64,000 nucleotides of DNA from Chrysomallon squamiferum (Eukaryota > Animalia > Mollusca): contig CM022665.1 of assembly GCA_012295275.1 (NCBI GenBank), forward strand, positions 41,602,001-41,666,000, in the 5' to 3' direction. The notes under the pieces are model-generated. The model made no database searches and had not been told where the DNA came from. It saw only the letters and a program-made list of their open reading frames with translations. The position numbers and the translations under genes are program-made. Positions 54,091 through 64,000 of this stretch are shown here, piece by piece (within the stretch, counting starts at the first letter, position 1; every line of letters begins with the position of its first letter).

Positions 54091-55818
54091 AAAATGCAAA
54101 TAAATTCAAACCACAAACATCAGCTAAAATTACACTGAGTTATTCACTCCCTTCGTCCCTGCTTCCGGATTCTCTTTGATCTCGTGCATGTTAAAGTGAT
54201 GCATTTATTTCTAAAACTGTTTTGTTGATGTCACAGTTGGTATTAGCTAAGTAAATGTCTGTATTGATATACACTTCAGGTCAATCCAGAAAGAACCACT
54301 CCACATACAATCACACCTCAGTATCACGCTGACGTAAGCTACCAATATGACCCACATCGATATATATATATACTCAACAGAAAATATTTTCAGACGTAGC
54401 ATTATTTTCAATAATCATTGCTGAATGCACTGTGGTGTATTTGTGTATCTCGTGCTATTGGATTTTCTAACTAGCCCGATATTATAAAGAAAACTAGCCT
54501 AAGGCAATGTACTAGAGAATATATCAAACTCTGGTGTTTATATGACATTTCAAACCTTTTTTATATATTAACTTAAATAACAGTTAATGCATGTCAAACA
54601 TGTATATTCATATATATTTAGATTCTTGTTCCAATAAGTGTCAGAAAACGGTTTTATTAAAAGATTTGATACCTCGCTGTTAATCGAAAACCAAATCAGA
54701 TTATCACCTAATAAAATTTTAAAGGCATTTTTGCATAGAACGTACATTTTTCTGTGTACAATTAACGGGGGTAAAAAAGGAAAAGAATATTATATTTAAA
54801 CACTGACAAAGACACATACGTGGTTTCTGCAACAGACGTGCTTCACAACAGCTTGCTTCGATTAGCACGTTAATTTATTCACTCACTCACAAACGTGCAT
54901 GCATACAAATACGTGTTCACGAATTCAGACTCATATATACCTGCATACATATATACTAGGTAATATTTACGTACATACACACATACATATACACATACAT
55001 ACATACATACATACACACACATACATACACACATACACACACACATATATATATATACATACAATACATACATATATACACACATACATACACGCATGCA
55101 TGCATGCTTAAACATACACAAGCATACATACATAAAGGACTACCAACAAATTGAATGACTCATCGTTAATTTTCACCAAAAAACAAAATTACGCCATAAA
55201 ATATTATGCCCGTCTAATAAAATCATCAAATCTCCCGAGTCCTTTTTTTTTTTTTTTTTTTTTTATTTAGTCCCATAAGTTAAACATATCAATATATTAT
55301 AAAGCTTTTCTCTGTTCCTGTCTGCAGAAAATAATGCTTACTTCAATAAATTACAAAGATGCCAGTTATTTCACGCCACTTGGGACGAACCAAAGGCGGC
55401 CTATAAGATCTGTTTATGTTCTGTAAGCAACAAAACAATGGACTGAACGTTATTATTATTATTATTTTTTTATTTTTTTTCCCCTGCTGTCTGGAATCGA
55501 CCGGCGTCCCAGTTACATAGATACCGCAGTGCTGTTCAGTTCACACGTTCTTGTATACTCTGATTAAATACAAACGAAGAAGGCGATTGATTTGAGAAAA
55601 TGAGGCAGATTTTTTTTTTTTTTGGTTATTGATTTATATCTACATATATAAATACAGACACAGAGACACACACACACTCATACAGACAAATATACACACA
55701 CACATACATACATACATACATACATACATACATACATACATACATACATACATACATACATACATACATACATACATACTTTACCTACCTACCTACATAT
55801 ACACTTAGATAAATAAGA

Positions 55819-55855
<37 letters not shown>

Positions 55856-56442
55856 CACATACGGACAGGCAGATACAAAATAAAAAGAGATAAAATAACA
55901 AACACTCATCATTGATTTTCATCTAAATTAGCTTTTTGTTACAGATGAACTATTCTAAAAAATGATTTTTTTTTTATTGTGACAGCCGTCGTTATTTATT
56001 TTTATTTTTTTGTTCCCCCTACTGCTCTGCCATTATTAATGTAGTAGTTTTGTAGATGGTTTCTAATACTGTTAATTATCGTAGGGCTCGGTAAATTATA
56101 GATGTTATGGCCGGAGACACGCCTAAGATATCGTTATTAATTAACAACCATAGCATTGAGTAAAACGCCTGACAATATTACTTTATCAGCGTATCATTGT
56201 CAAAAATACCGAGATGACTTTAAAAAAAAAAAAAAAAAAAAAATAAAAAAATAAAAAAACAGCAAAATTTAAATATTAAAAAGTTAATTGTAATTCCAAC
56301 ACAAAGACTGACAACTGATATGTTCCGATTAGTGATACACCAATAAAAATTGCTCATCAATGGTTGTAATGAAATTTAAGAAGAAAATAAATAGGACTAT
56401 TTTCTTTTATTTTTATTTTGTTTTTATTTTTATTTTTTTTAC

Positions 56443-56534
<92 letters not shown>

Positions 56535-57064
56535 AAGGCGACATAGATTAATAAATAAATATTTTATATTAGGTTAATTTATCACGTGAAGTTATCTATG
56601 AGATTTATTAAAGTCAGTCTATATCTTATAGTAGCTAAACACTTTCGCGTGACTATAACAAAATCATCTTGCACGCAACGCAAACAACAAAGAAAAAAAA
56701 AAAAATGATGTTAATAAATTGAAATTTCCATAACATAATCAGTATTCATCCTTGAATGGATTATTGCAAATCATTTATTAAAAGCTTTTAAATGATGCTA
56801 AGTAAAACATAAACATCTATTTCACCAGTTTAGGAAATAAATTAAACGGAAAGAGCAGGATATTTTGATTGGGTGTTTACATCAGCATTAAATATGACCC
56901 ACATTAATTATTTACGTCGACTTGACACCAAACAACTGCTTAACCAGGTCACACATCGGAAACGCAAACGTAGAAACAATGCATCCATGGCAACACAATA
57001 CATACCATGGAAAGCCACTTCATAATATTTTCATAGACTTTGTTATGGAATTAGATATATAAAA

Positions 57065-57111
<47 letters not shown>

Positions 57112-57120
57112 CGAGCCAGG

Positions 57121-57183
<63 letters not shown>

Positions 57184-58583
57184 CTCCCAAATTGCAGAAT
57201 TATCTTATAAATTATACATGTGACATGGTATGTGAATCTGCAGATATAAATAAACTAGATAAGCTATTGCTTTTACGAAGGAATGTCTTCTGTAAATAAC
57301 AGCTATAGGTTTCAAACATAATGATTACCATAGCAGTAGTTATATAGTATCAGTAGTAGCAGTAGTTGTACCAGCAATTGTAGCAACAATAATAGCAATA
57401 GTAGAATAGGAATTAGTAATAGTAGTAGTAGTGATATTGGTATTAGAAATAGATTATACAGTATCATTTGTGGTTTTATAGTATTAAAAGTAGTAGTTGT
57501 AGTATGGTAATAAATGTATGGTAGTAGCAGTTGTAGTGTAAGGTATTAGTAGCAATAAGCAGTAAACGTATGATCAGGTAAAATAAATTATTAGAACAAG
57601 CACTGACAAAGTACAGGTGTTACAATTAATATTCTATTTCGTGTAGCTGCGTTATAAAGCGTTATAAAGGAAATGAAGTAATTTTTAGTGTGCACTTTAC
57701 GGAAAGAAGAGATGGCCCAAGTTCATTCGTTATTACTTAAGGATGGTGTGACAAATTTAATTTCAACTCAAGGGACGAAACTCGTCTTTTGGAAAGAGGA
57801 AAAGAAAAAATACTTCATCGCTTGTTTAAATCTTTGACAAAAAGCATACCTAAATTCAATTAAAACATCTCCGTATCAGTTACTGCACACACTGTAAGAT
57901 TATGGGAAAACCGTTTCGAGGTTTCGTGTATGGGTTAAATCTTATATAGCAGCGAAAAAAACAAATCGACTCCCGTGGGAAAAATGGCGGAAAGGTGCAA
58001 CCATGAATCGGGATATGCTAAAATACGGATACTTTTCCTGCCGATATTATCTGTGTTGTTCCGGACCAGTTTTTAAAAGTGAAGAAAGTTAATATTGATT
58101 TATTTTCTTTATCTGATGGTCCTCACAATGGAACGCCGCTAATTCGGACACACCTGCAGCACTTTCGTATCTGTCTTCGACCGTCTCCTATTACCGCACG
58201 TCGTTTAGATTACGCATCTCTGGAGAAGGCCATCGACTTTTGTTCGACACCTGAGAGTCAGAATTTATGTTTGTACTGGGGTGTTGTTAAATATTTATTC
58301 ATCCTCACGAGAGTCACAAAGAGTTTTGGATTACATTACTGCCAATGAGCGAAACACTTGTTTTGTCTTTAACCGCTCGTAATGCCTTTTTGGAAGTTTA
58401 TATTTCTTGTTCCTAACGCCTTACCCAACTGGTATTGTGTTTCATGCGACATGTTTGGAAGCATCAATTATAACTGCGAGAAAGAATAAAGTGTTAAAAG
58501 GTTCTGAAGATGACAAATTGGCTTTATTGGAGTGCTCAATGAATAACATCAAAAGTTAATAAGTATTAGAATATCGTTAACGC

Positions 58584-58658
<75 letters not shown>

Positions 58659-59529
58659 TAATGATGATGATGATGATGATGATGATATGAAGCAGAAGAT
58701 GCAGAAACAGTAGTAGTGGTAGACAGAATAGGGACAATAAATAAAAAAATAAATAAAAAGGTGTTTGTTTATTTTGTTTTTGAACTACATAAACAATGTC
58801 AAGCCTATTAAATAACCAACTACAAATAAAGTAATGTAATAACAAACAACGGCAGCAACAAAAATAAAATGATGATGATGATGATGATGATAATAATTAT
58901 TATTATTATTTCATGAAAACAGATCATAAAAAAACAACAACAGTACGATCATAACGAACAAAAGCCCCACCTCTAAAACCGTTATATTAAACAGATGTAA
59001 AATAGAACCCATAAAAACAAAACAAAACAAAAAACTTCATAAATAAACTGTTACGTTCTGTAATACTTTTCCAAAACAAAGGTGCGCTACAAGAACTGAA
59101 TGCACCCATGAGAACACACTGGGTTAGTAGTTCGTATATGAATTACAATTCGTGTCAATCACCAGACTCTGTACTCAGAAAGTGTAACATAATTAGCCAC
59201 ATTAACCCTGGCATCTCCAGCAGTCAGGTGATATAATAGACGTACACTCTTCGCCGTGGAGTGAGTAATGTCCTAATCTAACAGAATGTGAAAGACACGT
59301 ACGTTTGTAACGAGATACGGGGTCCTATCATCGCCACGTGTTTCTGTGTGTGTATGTGTCAGATTTGCTTTCTGTAATAGTCCGCTGATTTTTTAATTTA
59401 TTGACGATCATTTTTTTTTTTTTTTTTTTTTGGTCTGAGTTTGTAGATTTTTGTTATCTGTCAGACCCCCACACCTGTTGTCGGAAGGAGATGCAGGGAG
59501 AGGATAAACGCAAGGAACGAGGGGTAAAA

Positions 59530-59690
59530 AAACGGTTTTATTTAATGAAGCATTCAGCATATTTTTAATCTGTGATTATGTAAGGTCATTAGTACGGTTA
59601 AAGGGACAAACAGAATATGAGAAAGGAGGACGTTTTCTGGAAGGGACGTTATGCATGTAAAGGGAAGAACATAGTAAGGGATTTATTTGA
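59530..59690 (-). mobile_element. Degenerate SINE 3' portion
   Basis: Similar to the copy at 40990-41150. Confidence 0.35.
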
Positions 59691-59722
59691 ACCAGTAGTT
59701 ATGCACTATATAATATATATAT

Positions 59723-59853
<131 letters not shown>

Positions 59854-60637
59854 TAATTGTAATATTTTAAATAATTTATCAGAAATAGCACCAACAACCT
59901 AATCTTCTTTTACTATTACTACTACAACTACTGGAAAAAAAACCAACAAACCAACAAACAAAACAACAACACAAAAACAAAAAAAAACGAAAAAACAAAA
60001 AATATAATAAAATAACAGCAAATAAATAAAAATTGAATACGTAAATATATAAACAAATAAATAAAGAAACAAAGAAACAAAACAAAACAAATAAAATAAA
60101 ATAAAGCTAAATAAAATAAGCATGAAAAATTAATTACTTTGATAATATTAATAATGACAAGAACTGTAACAACAACAATAATAATAACCTAACCTAACCT
60201 AATCTATCCCCACAACAACAACAACAAAAACAACAAAAACGAATAAAGTAATAAATAAATAAAATAAAAATATATAAACAACGTAGATTTTCCAAAATAA
60301 ACACAAATTATTTCTCATTTAAACAATTTGCCGCAGAAGTTATTTCTCTAAATAAATTAAACATTAACAAAATGTCTGCCGGTAAGAAGTCGTCTGCAAA
60401 CATGATTGAAATAGACCAGAGCCAGAATGCAGCGCAATGTCAGCAATAAACGGTCGAGCAAGTTCTGCTTGGATACAGAGTTTGACAAGTCGATATAAAC
60501 AAATCCACGTGCTTGCAGTCTGCCTTACACACACTGCAGACAGATAATGAATAAAGGCACTTTTTTTTCCTCCCTACTTCTTCTGAAATTGTAGATTAAT
60601 TTCATGGTGAGACGTGTCTGTTTGTCTCATCTTTGAC

Positions 60638-60753
<116 letters not shown>

Positions 60754-61223
60754 ACGCATTAGTAAGAGAAGCTAAATAATTTATTTATTTTAACAAAAGG
60801 ATTGTCACACTGTCCCAGGCTCTTTAGTATTTTACGATATAAATATATGAAATGGAACCGATGCAAAAAAAAAAAAGCGCGCTGTTTTTTGGTGAAAAAA
60901 ATTCATAAATATACGAAAACAAACAGAACATCGTTTGTTGCGAGTATTGCCCAGATGCCGCAAACCATCCAACCACTGAATCTCTGCTTGCTTTACCATT
61001 TCATAACGATGTACAGTTATGATAAAAAGATATCGTCATCCCCCCCCCACACCCGTAACTACAGAAACAAACACGCCTCTTGTTTCTGTTTTTCCTTTTT
61101 TTTTTTTTTTTTTTTTTTCTTGTTCGCAATCCACGGTTTTGCTTTGATAGTCGGCAGCTGACATTTAGGAACTATGTATTTTTAATTCTTATGCAATAAG
61201 CCCTCTTGATGTTTCGCACATTT

Positions 61224-61262
<39 letters not shown>

Positions 61263-61623
61263 TTTTATTATTAAAAAAAAAAAAATTTTTTTTTTTTTTT
61301 TTTTAATAGCGTGTTTTGTATCTACTTAATTAAAACGTTGCTATGCTTTCATTTCAGATCAACTTACGAAAACGAAACCACTGATAGTACATCACCGCAG
61401 ACTGAATCCAGTTATGTTGCAATTACAAGCTGACCCAGTTTAACAAACTCGGTATTTATTCAGCTTATTAAAGTTCTCGTATTAATTAATTATTTATTAT
61501 AAACATAGTTGTATTATAAACTATTACTAATTGTTTTTGTCTTTATCTCCTATCTAATAACGGAAATTTCTATTTTATTTATTTATTTAGTTAATATTAT
61601 TATTACTTTTTTTCTTCGAGAGA

Positions 61624-61665
<42 letters not shown>

Positions 61666-62209
61666 TAAATAAATAATAAATAAATTAAAAAAAATTAAAA
61701 AAAGGTTATTCAAGATGTATATATAGTTATGACGTACTACAACAAGAGGAAACGGAAAAAATTAATTAAACCCATTGAATGACATCATTTGGTGGGACTG
61801 AGTAGCTTCACAACAGTTACAACGGTTATTTGAATTTCACACTCCAAAGTGTAAACATGTCAGTTACCAACATCTGCAGATGCAATTCGGAGCCATATTT
61901 ATACAGCGTTAAATATTTCTTTTAAAAAAAGCTGTTACTAACTTTTCACGAAAGCAATAATTTATTGCTTCGAAAAATGTAATATTTAAAATTTACACAG
62001 ATTAAGTGACTTGTGATAACCGTTACGTTATGGAAACCGGAACATGAATAAAGAACTGAATTTCAGAAAAAGTTTTATCACTCTCAGAAAGAAGAAAGTA
62101 CAACAAGGGCAGACAACTCACTCACCGGCGAGAAAACCCTGAGTGTAAAAAGAAGGAGGCAAAACTGATATCACTGTTTTGGACAGACTCGCCATAGCAA
62201 CCAGAATGA

Positions 62210-63020
62210 ATCACAGAGACAGAAAGACGGACGGACAGATCGACAGATCGACAGACAGACAGACAGACAGAACGATACACACATCATGCATAGAAGCACA
62301 AAAACATGCGTGCATATACATACACACACATACACTTAAAAAAACATAGATACAGCTACACATAAATACAAGTACGTAAACACGTAGACGAACACATTCG
62401 TACACAAAATACACACACATACAAATACCATGTACATATACAAACCCATAACACGCAGACACACATACAGACATATACGGGTATATAAAAACGTGTACAT
62501 GCATATATACATTCACATACATAAAAAGAAACGCACACACGTACATACACACAAACACACTCATATACATGCATAAACAGACACACGTGTACATACACAT
62601 ATTTACACAAATATACCTTCATAAACACACCAATATATACAGACACAGAGAGATAATCACATTTACACGAAAAACCAAACAAACAAAAACATAAGAAAAA
62701 GACAAAAACAAAAAAACAAAAAAAAACAAACAAACAAACAAAAAAAAAAAAAAAACCCACACATATGCATTCATACATATATAAATATATATTGTAGACA
62801 CGCTCATGAACGCACAGAGAAAAAAATATACGTACACACAAACAGTAATACTAAAAATACCGAGTGAAAAACACACATAAGCACATACATACAAACAAAC
62901 GCTGGCTGATGGTCTCACACACACAGACACACATAGATGCACGCGCCCTCAGACAAAGACTTTAGGAATATGCATTGAAAACCTAGATAAACTAACCCCC
63001 ACACACGCACACACGCCCAG
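62210..63020. repeat. Degenerate (CA)/(GACA)/(TACA) low-complexity tract
   Basis: Imperfect microsatellite that produces the spurious Cys/Val/Tyr/Met-rich ORFs. Confidence 0.9.
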
Positions 63021-64000
63021 ATGTTCTTTTATAATCCTTTATGAATTTATCATCATCTAATGATCTTAAAACACAATTTACATTTGATCTAATGAAATAA
63101 TTTACAGTGTATGTACCCACCCTTTACTTACACTCTTTTTATCCTGTATCATTATATTCTATTACATGCTTGCTATGGCATGTTATAATGCTTGTATTAT
63201 TGTTGCTAATGGAGTTATAAATTATACATACTAATTTCCAGTGCCGTAAAAATCATAAAACATTATTACTAATAGATAATACTCAGATTTAATTATTATA
63301 AGTCAACCAATCACATCACGTAAATTAAGATATGAGGATGAATGGTATTTAATTATTTGTTTTATTCGTTTAATGTTTTTTCTTTCTTTCTTTCTTTCTT
63401 TCTTTTCTCTCTCACCATATTTTAATGTTCGCGTAGCTAATTAAGGTACAGGTTAGGAATATTAAAACCACAATAGAGATTCACACCAAATATTGGTATC
63501 GCAGATAAATATACAATAAAGAGGCAGTAATTCAGCAATACTCTTCAGCCGTTATTACCTTTGGCATATCAAAGGGAGAAGACGACGATTGTTCAAACAA
63601 AGACTTCAAAAGGGAACTGACCGAAACTCTAATTATAAACAGATGGGGGTACCTATCATCTTACTGTTTCAGTGGCGGCGAAATCCACGCGCGACGCGAC
63701 GGCAAACGTTTCCAGCCAATCATTTTGGCGCTTATTAAACAAACACCTTTTTCCCGCTTTCAAGGTAGACAATCGTGTAAGCAAAACTGTTTGTAGTGTG
63801 ATCTCTTTGTCTAACGGTTCTTTCTTCATCATCTTCTTCTTCTTTTTTTTCACATTTTTTTTTTTTTTATTTCTTTTTCTTCTGATGACTGAGTAACATA
63901 TTATTTCTAGAAAGTGGGACGCAAGTAAGCAGAAGTTTAAAAAATGAATTCGTCTTTATGCCTGGCGCGTGACTCACAAGAACAGGGCTGCTTGTAAACT

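Noticed and set aside
53728-54116. VK-repeat and NP/LT-repeat ORFs
   Set aside because: Produced by the GGTTAN hexamer tract.
55342-55420. Minus-strand exon candidate between the micro-exon and terminal exon
   Set aside because: It has a stop in the required phase and no other support.
58153-58250. Minus-strand exon-like segment with AG and GT borders
   Set aside because: All three frames contain stop codons.

Overview
AT-rich, intron-rich and microsatellite-rich animal genomic DNA (invertebrate; mollusc-like by repeat content, which is inference). Splicing exons by hand gives four protein-coding genes. (1) ALDH6A1/MMSDH (+, 67-9244; the first exon lies upstream of the window). (2) LIN52 of the MuvB/DREAM complex (+, 11667-15378). 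(3) An atypical DYRK/HIPK-related CMGC kinase with a long basic tail (-, 33981-20587), carrying two or three single-base frameshifts in short homopolymers. (4) Head-to-head with the kinase, a 327-aa gene (+, 35355-45321) whose key exon is absent from the ORF track. It encodes a BH3-only pro-apoptotic-type protein that combines BIM/BMF-like motifs (TQT dynein light chain site, DSGxxT degron, FxF) with BAD-like motifs (RSxSxP 14-3-3 site, LRRISDEF BH3). This gene is the main finding. The window also holds a candidate minus-strand terminal exon and micro-exon (49.6 and 62.1 kb), a decayed DNA transposon, a TTAA-flanked MITE, SINE remnants, tandem repeats and a telomere-like tract. All gene models are manual and have no transcript support.
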